The notes under the pieces were generated by a model. The model saw nothing but the letters and a program-made list of their open reading frames with translations. It had not been told where the DNA came from and ran no database searches. This document shows positions 9,708-23,563 of a stretch of DNA of 64,000 bases, piece after piece (the stretch's first letter is position 1; every line of letters begins with the position of its first letter). Both the position numbers and the translations under genes were made by a program. The DNA is from Oculina patagonica. Lineage: Eukaryota. The DNA lies in assembly GCF_052425735.1 (NCBI RefSeq), contig NC_135758.1:28024001-28088000 (forward strand), given 5' to 3'.

Positions 9708-10074
9708 ACCGCCATCGAGCGATTTGTCGATAGACCGGGAACACGAGACTTGGTGCAGAACTTAAGTGAACTGTCCCTATATGAGGTTTTTAACTTGAGT
9801 GGCGACCGCATTGTCGACGGAGATGGCGATCGAGGTGTCTTATCACTGGTATCGATCGACACTCGACCGTTGTCGAACATGGAGCGCTCGATCGACCCGC
9901 TCGATCGCGGGTCGATCGAGGTGTCAATCAATATCGCAGGTATCGATCTTCACTCGACTGCGGGTGTCATCTGGAAGTGAATAGTGATGGCGGACCAATA
10001 CATCACTTTCGGTACCGCCGAGTTAACCAATCAGCGCGCGCGCAAAGCACTATTCACTTGTGTACACATGATCC
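9708..10074. repeat. CpG-rich TCGA/CGATCGA interspersed repeat remnant with a nested small inverted-repeat element
   Basis: Dense GATCGA/GTCGA motifs; nested arms AAGTGAATAGTG (9975-9986) and CACTATTCACTT (10048-10059). Confidence 0.55.
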
Positions 10075-10196
10075 GCATTGTTTGGTTTGTCAAAACCTCA
10101 TTTAGCGAGATAAAATAATCTTCTCTAATAACTGCAGTTACGTCACCAAACAGAGGTAAACAGTTACCACAGTAAACCTCTCTCGTGAAAGGACGG

Positions 10197-10611
10197 CATG
10201 TAAAACCAAAGGAACCAATCTAGCCGATCACAAGAGAAACAGGCAATCCATTGAACTCAGCCAAAACTGGAAGCAGTTGGCATTTCCCCGACACGAAGCG
10301 CGGGATAATGTGTGTGAGCGCCAGTCACGATGGCTTGGGTTTTATTTACCTCTGATTGGTCGAGGTGGCGCGACGGTAGAAGGTCATGTCGCCCCATTGC
10401 ACGGTCACCCCAAGTTACGTCTCGCCTGCAGAGCAGCCGATGTAGTTTCGAGCGCGCGTATGCGGCGAATCGCGAAAGGCGCGCGGCCTTCTCGCAATCG
10501 CGCGCTCTTTTAAACGCACTAAAAAAGTACACAAACGCCTGCTACGCAGGCATTAAAATAAAACAAAAGCAAAAGAGAATTACTTTTGACACTCGATTAA
10601 AAATTGCTCTA
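10197..10611. mobile_element. Decayed MITE (same family as 63652-63937) with a nested GCCTGC...GCAGGC element at ~10423-10551
   Basis: Colinear similarity to 63652-63937 (GTAAAACCAAA, GAAGCGCGGG, AGTCACGAT, CTGATTGG, TTACTTTTGACACTC...GCTCTA). Confidence 0.7.
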
Positions 10612-10724
10612 ATGCATTGTAGATGAACTGTGAGAGGATGGGGTAATGCGCACAATGCAAATTATGTAAAAAAAACTGCTATTAGTGTCACATACATACA
10701 CTATATCACAAACAAACCGCTGAC

Positions 10725-11415
10725 CCACAGATGTCATCTTCTTAGACTTCTCTAAAGCTTTTGACTCCGTACACCATGAACGTCTCTTGCTCAAATTAAA
10801 ATGTCTCGGGATCAACGGCTCATTGCTGCGCTGGCTTAGGCCCAAATGTCGAGCTTCACATCAGACGAACTAAGCTGAGCGAATTACGTTCATGATAAGT
10901 TCGACGTTTGACTCAGTTGAGTTCGTCAGACTGAATTAAGATCAACTAACACGTTCTATTCGTCTGCTTCAGACTTCGGTGTGAAGATCGACGTTCTATC
11001 CGTCTGAAGCAGACGAATAGAACGTGTTAGTTGATCTTAATGAAACGAAATAAATGAATAAATTTAGAATTTTATGATACTGTATTTTAGTCTCGAAATG
11101 TTTGTTCTCGCTGCTCTGAATTTGGCTCAACGGTTGGTTCGAAGAATTGTTCCGACGTTTGACCCAACGGTCGAGCTTTACCTCATGTGAAGTTCGACGT
11201 TTGGCCCGGCCCTTAGAAGCTTTTTAACTGACCGTCTACAACGTGTTGCTGTTCAAGGCACCTACTCATCCGGGTCTTGTGTGAATTCGAGTGTTTTCCA
11301 AGACATAATCTTTATAGGTCCACTTCTATTTCTAATTTATATCAACGACATGTCGTCTAACATTTCTTCCAGGCAAAGAACGTTTGCCGTTGACACTAAA
11401 GTATATAGAGAACTA
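10725..11415 (+). mobile_element. Decayed non-LTR retrotransposon (CR1/L2-like) reverse transcriptase fragment
   Basis: Translates TDVIFLDFSKAFDSVHHERLLLKLKCLGINGSLLRWL, then after the MITE SFLTDRLQRV...GPLLFLIYINDM...FAVDTKVYRE (degenerate FADD). Confidence 0.85.
10839..11212. mobile_element. PIF/Harbinger-like MITE inserted in the LINE, with internal 40-bp perfect inverted repeat
   Basis: TTA on both flanks; TIR CCAAATGTCGAGCTTCACAT / ATGTGAAGTTCGACGTTTGG; internal arms 10935-10974 and 11002-11041. Confidence 0.8.
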
Positions 11416-12568
11416 TCAAACATAACTATGTCAAGTAATTACTTACAAGTGCTGCACCTCTCCGGTTTGTACTAATATCTGCTTCTTTTTATGGTCGGTT
11501 TTGCATGAGGTCTTCCAAGGGGTAAGAGCGACAAACGACATGACCCTGAATACTGGTGACACAGGAACATTTTCACAGCGACAAGTGACATCATTATGGC
11601 ACTGAAATGCAAGAGCGACACAATACGACAGCAACACAATAGTGAATAAAATGACAGCGACATTTACAGCTGTTGGCTAGACGACTTCGGTTCTCAGAAA
11701 CATGTGACATTGCGGCATGGCTACCCCCTTGGAAGGCCTCATGCATGTTTCCAAAATTTAACGCAAGCTTTCTAGCTTGCCCTGGCTGTCCGTACAGGGT
11801 AAAATCCACCGGGTGCGTATTTCTGAAGAGACGTCAAATTTTCTGTGCAAATATCCGCCCAGCCTGTTTTTTGTTTTTTTTTGCAACATTAACGACTACT
11901 AATAAATACTTGTTAATATATGAAAATTTTCAGATACTCTTTTGTTAATTTAGCTCGAGATAAATTTGGCCGTCCGCAGTAGCAGAAAACGCCGTCCATA
12001 TAAGGTCATAACAAGTTTAGATTGTCGACAGATTAGCTGCCCGTAGGAGTTTTGATTCAAAAGATCGATGTGATTGTATAACACTTAGAATTTGCAGGAA
12101 AGTTGATTTAATCACCCCCAGAAACATAGCAAGACATCGAGATCTTCGAATCGTTGAAACATAAATGACACCAAACGCCCATCAGTCAAAAGCAGTCCTG
12201 TCGCAATAACCCGCCAAAAGTTTGTGCTTTTAACCGTACAGCAGCCGGTCACATGCACACTCAACTGGGTATCTTAAACTTAAAACTGTTGGAACTAAAT
12301 GTCGTATAGTTTATTTTAGTGCAAAATAATAATTCGATTTTGTGTAAGAACTGACACTGTGGCGACTTTTATGCCTCAGCTGGAACTTGTTCAGTTGAGT
12401 AACCAAATTTAACAAAAATAAAATGCATAGTACGTATTTCTAATTTCGCAGCAAGTAAAGGCAAAATATCATTTATTTCAAACGGGATATGAAATAAAGC
12501 CAATTAAACTCAAACAAAATTTTATTAACTGCCGGATTTATTTGCACGGAAGAATATTAAGTACAGTG

Positions 12569-12612
12569 TAGCCTGAATTTCAGACAGAGAAAGACGTCTG
12601 AAATTCAGGTTA
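12569..12612. mobile_element. 44-bp minimal TIR element with 9-bp TSD
   Basis: TAGCCTGAATTTCAGAC-10nt-GTCTGAAATTCAGGTTA flanked by AGTACAGTG (12560-12568, 12613-12621). Confidence 0.75.
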
Positions 12613-13388
12613 AGTACAGTGTAGCTAGGTGTTAAATGCCACATTCGGCTATGTAGTACATTTGCCTTGCTTCAAGCTCCGATACATAATCTCGTGAAAA
12701 CCAAAACAGCCACTACTGAAAGACAGCTTATAAGAGCTTTTCGGTGAAATCCAGTGCAGCTGGGAGTTAATTTCTGATTTTGGTCTAAACGTTTCAGAAA
12801 GAATCCTATCGTGACTGGAAACAAGAGACGCAAATTACGTTTTGGAAACTGCAGAACACCGTCCAAATTGGTGGGAATGTAGGAAAAAACACCAACTGTT
12901 TCGTTTTCTCTCCTCTAGCCAGAATCACGCAAAGATGTGTTGCGTCTAGAAAGTTGCCATCAGATGTTTTCTGATTAGATTTTTTATAACTTTAATCTTG
13001 TGGTTGTATTACTTTAAAAACTTGACAAATCTGTCTCGTTTATCGTGTTCTCGATAGCTAGATACTTGAAATCTGAATATAAATCTAATGTACCAGCTGA
13101 GCCGATTCATCTTGATCTTGTTTAAATATGCCGCTGAGCTGTAAGCCCGAAATTGGCTGTCAGTGATCGGCATTCAATTAAAAAAATCTCATTTCTTACA
13201 AATAGTAACCACATCTCCTTGCCTGTTGTTTAGTTCCCCAGCTCGTGGTCGATCGGGATCGAAATGTAACAACAAAGCTGCCCTTTACTAAGTCAAACTG
13301 TATTTCCATCTGCATGCACCCCTTTCTATGGACTGAAGTAGTAACTCTCGCAGAGAAAGGTAGGCTTTCAGTATTTGTTTTTTTTTTG

Positions 13389-13422
13389 GTGTGTGTGTGC
13401 ATGTGTGTGTGTGTGTGTGTGT
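13389..13422. repeat. (GT)n microsatellite
   Basis: Interrupted GT dinucleotide run. Confidence 0.9.
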
Positions 13423-15654
13423 TCCGCTATAACTAGTCAGAACATGTAAATTAGTAACATAGTCCCTGCTGTAAAACGTAATTTAACGATAAAACCTGCA
13501 TGTAAGGGCTTTTGGAGGAAAGGAGCCGATTGTAAGATTCAGTGATTCAAGTATTTGAATCGAGGCAGACGTTGTCTAAATGAAAGGCAGTTCTATTTTT
13601 TTTTAATTTTTCCGGAGAATGTCTTGGCACAAACGCAACGCGAACACATGAACAACGTACGAGCCGCTCAACTTATACGACGTTGTAAATTGCTATCAAT
13701 TCCCTTAAATTTCAAGCGGTAGATTATTCGCAGAAAATTTATTGTAGAACTGAAGTTTTCGCTATCTACTAAAAGAAAGATCCGTGAAGTGCTAACGTAA
13801 AAACAGATGCGCCCCTCTGGCATCTTGGTAACCATGTTACATGACTAGGAACAACGTATAAACGATCCCTTCATTTACAATTTTAGGCTGTATATGTAGT
13901 TAACTTTGAAAATACAATACGTTTGTTTGGATGTTTGGATGGAAGGGATCCGTTGTATTGGCATTATTGTAAATTTAGTGGAATAGTATGAAAATAACCA
14001 AAAGTTACTTTTGGTTGACTGTTTCGCTCTCGGGAAATTTCTCTCCGGGAAAATTTAAATTAACTTAAAAAAAATAATTATCTGAGTATCCTATTAATAG
14101 CATAAGCCCCCTCTCCTAGTGTCTGCGGTTACCGTCTGATTAAAATACAAAAATTAACTGTCAAATTAAATACGATGCCTGAAAAATAACTCTTTTCCAT
14201 TTTATGGAAAACTAGCAAAGCAAACATTAAAATGGGTAAATTTGCTGCGAGCTCTTTACAATTGACGCCTAATAGAGATAATGTGTCTCGTAATCTAAAT
14301 GAAACAAAACAAAAACATTTAAATTACATCTAATATTGATGCAGCTATTTGAAAATGCTAGAAAGATAAATAATAGCAGAGAAGTGTCATGGAATAAAAA
14401 TAGTACTGCGTTTTTGAAATTGAATATCAGAGGAGTTTGGAATATGTGTGACGCCTGTTTCAGAGCTTATAGAATTGAAAGCAAACTTGAGGAAAGCGGC
14501 ACTTTGGCCAAGTTAATCACTATAACTATTATACTGAATGAGGTATAAAAAATTAATGTGACTTGTATTTTTCGATCTTGAGTTTATTTCCCCTCCATAA
14601 CAATCCTAGAAAGTCGAACATGCTAGAATTTAAGAAATGTGTTTTAGACTGACTAATGAAAAAATTAGACCAAACAGGATGCTAATTTACTAAAAACTCA
14701 CATCTTAGGCAACACTTACATGGCGTGTATTTTTTACGGATAAGCGTTTGAGATAGTACTGTAACTTCACCTAAAACAATAAATTTAATACATTGCCAGG
14801 CGCAACTAAAATACAAAACTAACAAGCCGGATCGGTAATTACTGATGCGTCCTCTATTTCTGTGAATGTGTATTCAGTCGCGCTCTGCACGAATGATGTA
14901 AAACCTGTCAGAAATATGTGTTTATTTTATTTAACTTTCTAAATAAATACGATACATCTTTTGCTGGTCGAATCTCATAAAGGGACCGCATCTTTTTTTT
15001 TCCCTTGGCACAAATAAACAGTTTTAAAATATTTTCGGTCTATAGTCCTTGTGTAGTCTCGATCCCACCTGTTTTCCAATTACGATTTTCTTCTCCTAGG
15101 GGAACATAGTTTGACTTATTTTTGTTTATTTTTTTTTCCCTTGAAAGGACTGGAGATGTAATTGACGACGATCTCCGAGGGGCTTGATGCAGCTGGTGCG
15201 ACAGTAATGAAAAAATATTCTACTTATATTTCGACATCGCGACTCAGTAGAAATCACTCAAGCTTGTAGTCGGGTAATATCTTCAGTCTTAGCTGATATT
15301 AGCGTCTTTGTGTGAAGCCGCCTCTTATCATGCATGATGAACCATAGGTGATCTAAATTCATCTTGAACTTAACCAGTCTCAAGTCGACAAACCGCAGTG
15401 ACGCGGAATAAGCCGTTTTCTTCTAATTATCACACGGGAAAAACAAACAGCTTGGGATTGTTTGTGTCGTTCAGGATCAAACGACTGACTTGCAAAGTAT
15501 AGACATCAATTCTGCAAAGTACAGTACACAGACCATAATCTAGTGGCGTGACTGAACTAATAGCAAGCAGAGAGGTGTTCTATTCTGAGTAAGCATCAAA
15601 GGACTAGTTTACAACACCTTACAACACCACAAAATTTCGACACTTGGCGATGGC

Positions 15655-16680
15655 ATGATGTTATCGACATCTACAAGATGTGCCGACTTTCCTCCTCCTA
15701 CAAGCCTCTCCTACTCCACAGCATCCTTCTCAGTTTTTCTCACCATCCTTACTATTCCAGGCAACTTCCTTGTGTGTTTAGCCATTATAAAGGATCCCTT
15801 CCGTAACTTGAAAACACCATTCAATTATTTCCTGCTGAGCTTGGCTGTAACGGACCTAATGGTGGGAGCGATCATGGACCCAGTTTCAGTGGCGTTTCAC
15901 ATCAGCGAAGCACTTCAACTTAACGTCGTGGACATCAAAGTCCTACACATCTTCTATTTTATCTTAAGCACGGCGTCTATTTTGACACTCGCCGCGTTGA
16001 CAGTGGACAGATATATTGCCGTCGCTACGCCGGTGAAGTATAAAACAATGATTACATCCAGGCGCGCCATTGTGACATCGGTGTCGATTTGGGTCGTAGC
16101 GTTGGGTTTCTCCTTCATCTACTTCAAACTCGGTTTCATATTCTACTCCTTCATCTTTGCCAACACCGCCGTGTTCAGCACATTTGTGGTTCTCATCTTT
16201 GTTCATGTAGGCATCCTTAAACGCTTGCGTGAACGATCAAAATATTGGCGGGATCGAAGAGCAGGGGAATGTACCGAATCCGACAAACAGGAAAACAGAA
16301 ACAATCTCGTCAACACAAAAAGGGAAGGCAAGGCAGCCAAGGCATTGATGATTGTTCTTCTCGCCTTCTTCGCTTCGTTTACACCCGCTTGTGTCATGAT
16401 CTACTTGTTAAATTTTTGCTCAAACTGCAGCTGTTTGATAATCCACGTGTTGCGGGATTTGCAGTTTTTAATCGTGCTGTGTAACTCGGGTATCAACCCA
16501 TATCTATACGCATGGAGGCTTCCTCAATTCAAAAGAGCTTTTTACAAATTTCTTCACCTGAAGTCTCGAGGCAAAGTGAGTGACATTACCACAACATCAA
16601 CTCATGTCGTAGGCAGGCCGGACGACCAAACGCCTGAGAATCTTGCCGACAATGAGGGTGAAAAGATATCCAGCGTTTAA
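15655..16680 (+). CDS. Rhodopsin-family (class A) orphan GPCR, melanocortin/adenosine (MECA)-like, paralogue 1
   Basis: 341-aa single-exon ORF with seven hydrophobic segments; GN (TM1), LAVTD (TM2), DRY, TM4 W, NSGINPYLY. Confidence 0.93.
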   Translation: MMLSTSTRCADFPPPTSLSYSTASFSVFLTILTIPGNFLVCLAIIKDPFRNLKTPFNYFLLSLAVTDLMVGAIMDPVSVAFHISEALQLNVVDIKVLHIFYFILSTASILTLAALTVDRYIAVATPVKYKTMITSRRAIVTSVSIWVVALGFSFIYFKLGFIFYSFIFANTAVFSTFVVLIFVHVGILKRLRERSKYWRDRRAGECTESDKQENRNNLVNTKREGKAAKALMIVLLAFFASFTPACVMIYLLNFCSNCSCLIIHVLRDLQFLIVLCNSGINPYLYAWRLPQFKRAFYKFLHLKSRGKVSDITTTSTHVVGRPDDQTPENLADNEGEKISSV

Positions 16681-19600
16681 TAGTTCCTAAACTGTGCTCA
16701 GTCACGAAAGGGTAAACTCAAGATCGCTCTGCAGCTTCTCTACAGAACTGACATTGGCTCAAATCATATATTGGACTTTTTGAGTGTTAGACAGTTTAGC
16801 AGGGCCGTAACTAGCAATAGGCAAGACAAGGCATTTGCCTAAATGTGTCAAAATTAAAAACAGAATATGCTTTGTTGGGAAAATAATCCCTAGTTGCTTA
16901 AGAAATACCTCAAGATAAATGTCTCTGAAAGAGTTTCAGAGCTTTTACATTTCAAAATTTTCTGGAGGGCATACACCCAGAACCCTTTAGCGAGATCTTG
17001 CCTCGTTTGTTGCAAAGGTCTAGTTATTACAGTCCTGATTTTAGTCATTAAAAGGATAGTTTCGTTTACGTTTTGCAGTCGTAAAAATGGAGTATTTCGT
17101 TTGGAGCGAGCAGCCGCGGGGCCTTTTCTGCCAAACAAAATCAATTACAAACATTCATCGTAAGGGAAGTAATCTATTTGCTTTCCGTTCATCCAGAATA
17201 ATTACAATATTGGCATGGGACTTAAGCATTTTCACTTAATTACCAAGAACTAAAGAATAAAATCAATTTGCTCTAAAAACTCGACAATCCTTGATACTCA
17301 TTATCGAATGATCGAGCGTCATCTTATATCACTTTTAAAAACAATGATAGTAAATGTATTATTTTCAGGGAAAATTTTATTTCGTTGAAAGCCTATTGAC
17401 TTTTTGTTCGCATTTGTCGCTAACAAGATATAGGCGTTTAGTAAATTATCTTGTTTTATTTTATATCATCACCATAATCTTTTCTTGGATAAATTATTTT
17501 CTTAATATTGATCCTTTTACCAGTTCGGTATGCTACTTATCCAGTGCTACTGGGCCGTGAATAACTCATATATGTCGTGATAATATATGAAATATGTTAA
17601 TATAGCTGCATAGTCAATAAAGAAGAATTAGGAAATTCTAGAAAGATCATAAGATTTTCTGGTTGTAAAAAGTTTGTTTAAGTGTAAGTAATTTTTGTTG
17701 TTAAAATTGCAATTGTTTAAACTAAACTAGGCGTATTTTCTGGTTACAACTTGGCGACTTGCATGTGTTCCATTTTATCAGTGTCCGACATCTTGTCTAC
17801 ATCTCGATATTTACGTTTCAGGCCAATGAGATATTTCCTGTGGATATGACAAATCCTATTTGGGAACTTTTTAATTTTTAAGTACAGGAAATATTATAGT
17901 TCGTGCTTACTTTATTTTGACTGCTGCTTGTTGTTTATAATTCGTCAGATATATTTAAAACGCAACGCAAACCCCGTCTTGTATCGTAATGGAACTTCTT
18001 TTGATCGTAAAAATATTAGTAGTGCAAGAAACCTGACAAAATGTAACTGTGTTGAACCGCATAAAGGCTTCATTTTAATAGACAAAAAAGCGTTTCAAAA
18101 TGATATAAACGAGAAAAAGAATCGCGTTACGGTCGTAAAGAGAAGCATAGAAATACGATTATATAAATATTAATAGATGGTGTTTCAACGTCTTACTGAA
18201 AGTAAAAGCAAATAAACCTAAAGCATACATTCTGCACCATGCGTCTCTCACCTTCTTGTCTCGGTAACCATGGTTATGCATCCTTTGGTAGGGGATATTA
18301 TATGCCTTGTATCGGTGCTAATTTATTTTCTTTTTTTTTTTTCAGAAAAAGTATTTAGCAGTGCGGTGATTTTGCTCAACTTAATCGTCTCCAGTCCTAT
18401 CTCTTCAAAATTTGCTGAACTGTAAACCTGAAATGTGTAATAAATTTTATTTGCGAAAACTGTCTTTTAATGCAAAGTTCTGTAGTCTGCAAGATATCGT
18501 GTTGTTACCCAAGTTATCCAATGTTTTCAAATAAATAGTCACGCAAGGTCATTCTTTGCGCGTCAATTTTTTGTGAAATGGCGAAAATATAAAGATTGTA
18601 CAGCTCTTCAACGGATAAATTATAGGACCTTGAAACACAAGGGGAATATTAAGAAAACAATGCCTTTCCTGTACTCTACTGTATTTATTGATGAAGTTTT
18701 TTGGTCGTTTTGACTTTAGGAGGGCCAAATATGGAAAATTCATATATTGGGGTCTGAAATATGATTAGGGATTCAACTGTTGACTAACCCGACCCAATAT
18801 TATAAACAGCAATCCCGCTATTATCTTAAGGGCCTTTTCTAAAACGTTTGGAGTTCTTTTTGCAACAAGGAGCTCAAAAGTGTGACCACTTTTAGTGTAG
18901 CTTCCTTCGCAGACGTTCTTTGGGCTCGTCATACGTTTTAGGCTGAAACAGCATCTCGCCCCTCCCTGTTAAATCTAATAACTAAAGTACAACCCCCCTC
19001 CGCAAACCCCGGCCTGCATCGCAAAAATTGAAACTATTTTATCTTTTATATTTTATTCTTATATCTTTAAAAATATATAAGCTTATAAGCTTGTAATATT
19101 TTTATTACTTATTTTATTTATTAAGATGGCGATTATGACACTAAGCTGTATTGTGTCACCAAATTTAGAATAAAGTCGATTTGAAAACACTTTCCATTTT
19201 TACTACGCTAGCCCGGCGATAAAGTCTGTTTGAGGGTTCAGGAGCTTTTACACAAACCAACTTGACAAGAAGGTATAAAATGGAAGGACTGATAAAAGTA
19301 AAAATATTTTAAAACGCGACAAAATCACCTGCGATGCCCTCTCAGTCTTTTATTTTCCATACATTTTACACAAGAAGAAAAAAAACGTGTTTTTTTGTTG
19401 AAAATTAAATATCACCTCCTTCTTTTCATTGAATAATTTACACATTGCCCCCTCTTTCGGTGCATTACTTTATACACTCTCCCCCCCCCCCTCAACTCGT
19501 TTTAAAACTCCCCCCCTCTCCTGATAGTTATTGCACACAATCCCTAACTGGTATAATTTCCCTTAATAAAGATTTAAGTATCCTGAAATTTTTGGACGAT

Positions 19601-21089
19601 AGTGTCTCATGTTCACCACATCTGACGTGTCCATGGCAACCAGTTTTGACAGCTTGCACAAAACTCACATTTTTGCTTTTTTATTCCTATTTCTATTTCA
19701 TTACCGACACTTTATCAAATTATCTATATGTAAATGTTTATTAACACGAATATGAGGACAATATGAACTTTTAAACGTCAGACTTCAAGAAGGCGGATTG
19801 AATTTGTGTCTTGATCAGCTCTCTGTGTAATACCTGTTATTGCAGTTCTCTCTACAGTTTGACTTACAAACCAGGCGAAAGAGTCATTCTGCATTATTTT
19901 AACTCGTTTTCGCTTACCTTCTTTTAAAACAAAAGAATATATTATCGCAGGCTCAACTCAATAACAGCTATTTATCAGTGCTTCATTGTTTTTTTTTTTC
20001 TATAGATCAAGTGGTGTATTTTTCAATTAGTTAGTATAATTCAGAATCTCATCAGACAGGTTGCTGTCAAAGTTTTGTACTTATTTACATTAAAACTTGA
20101 TCATCCAGCTACACTACATTATATACTTGTTTACAGCGCTCTTGTACAACGGCTCACGCATGCATTCCATTATGTATATTGTTAATTCTACTCTCGGGTG
20201 GCTAGCTTGAAGTTCAGTTCCAAGATGATCATGTTTTTACACGCTGTTCTGTCTAAACGTACCGTTTTTCGACTCAGTTCCACCTAGCTCTTACTAATAG
20301 TTTTATGTACAATATACGTTTCACTACTGTAGCGTAAATACTTTCATGTAAAAATCCATGTAAAAATGTACAAAATGCACAATGAACCGTTCCGCTTTTT
20401 TTTTCTTGCTCCTTTTCCTTCCGTTTTTCGGCTTTCTTATTCTCGTTACTTTCTATTCTTCACATCCTTTCTTGTGGCTGAAAAAGGTTTTGACGTAATC
20501 ATTGGAAAACCCTGAAAAGGCGATCTTAATCAATTACAGGTGTATTGGCCTGTTTTTAAGCACCGTTTTTGCACTTAAAACGGATCGTGTTTTTCTTTGA
20601 TTAGCTCTTTCAGAAGGCAACCGATATTCAAAATGAACAGTCCTGTATAAAGGTCAATCCTAGCTGTATCAGCTGCTTTTCACAAAAATCCACTGACTTT
20701 CACACTGACGACGTCACATTTGTTCAATGACCGCGCCAACAAATAGAGCCTAATGCGCGTTTAGCCGTGAAAGGGTTACGCAAATTAAAATGTTGTGCTT
20801 AATTTATAAGTACATATGATGTTGAGAATTGCTTTATTTGTGGCAAATTGTTGCTTTGACCTGTTCACCTAATAATTCAAGCTAAATATTTTTTTTTCTT
20901 TTCTCCGCGTTCAGACAAAAGCAAACCATCGGTTTCACCAATTCAGAAATCTCAATCCGGGATTCTCGAACTAAAAGTTTTTTTAGAGTAGCTGAGCAAT
21001 TTTTGTCTCGTGTTCAGTACGAGACAGGCCAATGGGCCTTTGATTTTTTTTGTGCTCTCGTGACCCTGTGACCTGTTTAGAAACAATAA

Positions 21090-22118
21090 TTATTTAACGC
21101 TGGATATCTTTTTATGTTCATGACCGGCACGATACTCGGGCTTTTGATTTTTCGGCTTGTCTACGCCATGTGTACCAGTGGGAACGTCGCTTATTTTACC
21201 TCGTGGATTTAAATGGAGAAATTTGTAAAATGCTCTTTTGAACTGTGGAAGCCTCCATGCGTACAAATATGGGTTGATACCCGAGTTACACAGCACGATT
21301 ATAATCCCCAAATCCCGCAACCAGTGGATCATCAAGCAGCTGCAATGTGCGCAAAAATTTAACAAGTAGATCATAACACAGGCGGGTGTGAGCGAAGCGC
21401 AAAACGCAAGAAGAACAATCATCAATGCCTTGGCTGCCTTTCGTTCTTTTTTTGTGTTGATGAGGTTGTTTCGGTTCTCTTGTTTGTCGGATTCGGAACA
21501 TTCCCCTGCTCTTCGATCTCGCCAATACTTTGATCGCTCACGAAGGCGTTTAAGGATGCCTACATGAACAAATATAAGAACTGCAAATGTGCTGACGACA
21601 GCGGTGTTGGCGAAAACGAAAGAGTAGACGATAAAACCGAGTTTGAAGTATATGAAGGAGAAGGCCAAAGCTGCAACCCAAATTGACACAGAACTCACAA
21701 TGGCTCGTCTGGATGTGACCATTATTTTATACTTCACTGGTGAAGCTACCGCGACATATCTGTCAATCGTTAGCGCGGCTAGTGTTAACATAGACGCTGT
21801 ACTCAAGATAAAATAAAACATATGAAGAATTTTGATGTCCACGACGTTAAGTTGAAGTGCTTCGTCGATGTGAAACGCCACTGAAACTGTGTCCAAAAGT
21901 GCTCCCACCATAAGGTCCGTCATAGCCAAACTCAGAAGAAAATAGTTGAATGGAGTTTTCAAGTTACGGAAAGGATCCTTTATGATGGCTAAACAGACAA
22001 GAAAGTTGCCTGGGATGGTAACAAGAGCGAGAAAAACTGAAAAGGATGCTGTGAAGTAGGAGAGACTTGTTGGAGGGCGAACGGTTGCACAGAGACTGTT
22101 GGGCGTCGGGAAGGTCAT
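21090..22118 (-). CDS. Class A orphan GPCR, paralogue 2
   Basis: 342-aa ORF, closely similar to paralogue 1 along its length; LAMTD, DRY, NPYLY. Confidence 0.93.
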   Translation of the reverse strand: MTFPTPNSLCATVRPPTSLSYFTASFSVFLALVTIPGNFLVCLAIIKDPFRNLKTPFNYFLLSLAMTDLMVGALLDTVSVAFHIDEALQLNVVDIKILHMFYFILSTASMLTLAALTIDRYVAVASPVKYKIMVTSRRAIVSSVSIWVAALAFSFIYFKLGFIVYSFVFANTAVVSTFAVLIFVHVGILKRLRERSKYWRDRRAGECSESDKQENRNNLINTKKERKAAKALMIVLLAFCASLTPACVMIYLLNFCAHCSCLMIHWLRDLGIIIVLCNSGINPYLYAWRLPQFKRAFYKFLHLNPRGKISDVPTGTHGVDKPKNQKPEYRAGHEHKKISSVK

Positions 22119-23563
22119 CGTCAGTATTCGAGTTTGAACCTTCAGGGTTGTAAATAAGAATTTATAATTTCCTTAGTCTCTTAATATTTTATGTTGATAC
22201 TGAATTCTCCCATAACTCCCTGCTTGCTGGATAGGATTTTAAGTGACTTGCAATTGACCTTCTTTAAACGTAAGATCTGAAGATTGGAATCATCAGCAAG
22301 CACGTCCACAATTACCAAAAGTCGCTTCCTCGATAGTAGCAAGAACGGTCAATTCTATGGCGTAAATAAAGTAATATTTGCGAATCTCCTGTGGTTCATC
22401 ATCCTTATTTTACCTAACAGATCTCAGGGGACATGTTCGTGGCCGGCATGATTCTCTGCAGGGCTTTGGTTTTCCGGTTTGGCTCAGAGTGGAGATGTTC
22501 TCTGGTTTTGTTCCGTTATATAGTTTCTTTTTGTTGGTTTGTTGTTTTTGTCAAACCATCTGCACATTTTCGAGATCGCTGTCGGTTGTTACCGTATAAT
22601 TACATTCGTATTTGCCGTTGAAGAAGAAAAGGAAAATTGTATAGCAAATATGTCATGCAGTTTTCCTAAAAATTAGAAAATTGTAATTCGTTGTCATGAT
22701 CTTAGATGGGGCAAGTATGCAGACTAGTATAATGTGTATATCCCAAAATCTATTTCTTTTCACATGTGTGCCAAAAAACAAGAAGCAAAAGATTCTGCAT
22801 AAGTTTTGGATTCATATATATGTTTATTTCATATTATAATTTTATTACGAAATCAAAATCTCATTGAGTGTTATGTTTTTTGATCATGTAGAGCGCAGCA
22901 AATTACAAGTGCATTGTAACCTGTTTGTTCAAGTTATTATTTTACGTATTCTTAAAAGACGAGGCATGCAATATTGAACTCGCTTTTAATTAACATCAAT
23001 AATAAAAGCAGTTGTTTTTTTCTTTTCACGTTGTCTTTGAACTTGTTATCAAAACTCATATTTAAGATTTTGCAATATAGTGCATTAAATTTAACATATA
23101 ATTTATTATTATATTTTTTATACCCAGAAAATACAAAAAAGACAAAAGGCTCTGTATAGTGACATATTGATTTCACTAGCAATAAAAAACTCATAACATC
23201 TTCCGTCAAATTAACTCAATGTGTGATTTCCAAAAAAGTAACACGCAAAGGAAATTAAATCAGACTTTGGCAGTTGAACATTAATGAAGGTCAGATTTTA
23301 CTGAATATTTATTGATATGAGTGGGAACTGATGTATACTTTAAAACTTTTCTTGCATCAATTACCCAAAAAAGAAGACATAATTCGTGCATCTGTATTGG
23401 TCATGAAACTGAGAAATTTGCGTTGCTATGTACTGTGATCTGCACGTTGTCTAGCGTTACTTCGTGGATGATAGGTCTCATCTGCAGAAATACAATGAGG
23501 AAAAAAAATGCTTGGGACTTCAAAGATACGACGTCCTATTTATGTTATTTTCTCCTTAGTTAA

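Noticed and set aside
9686-9984. Overlapping ORFs and repeated TCGA motifs resembling a CRISPR-like array
   Set aside because: No constant repeat with unique spacers and no cas genes; it is a degenerate eukaryotic repeat.
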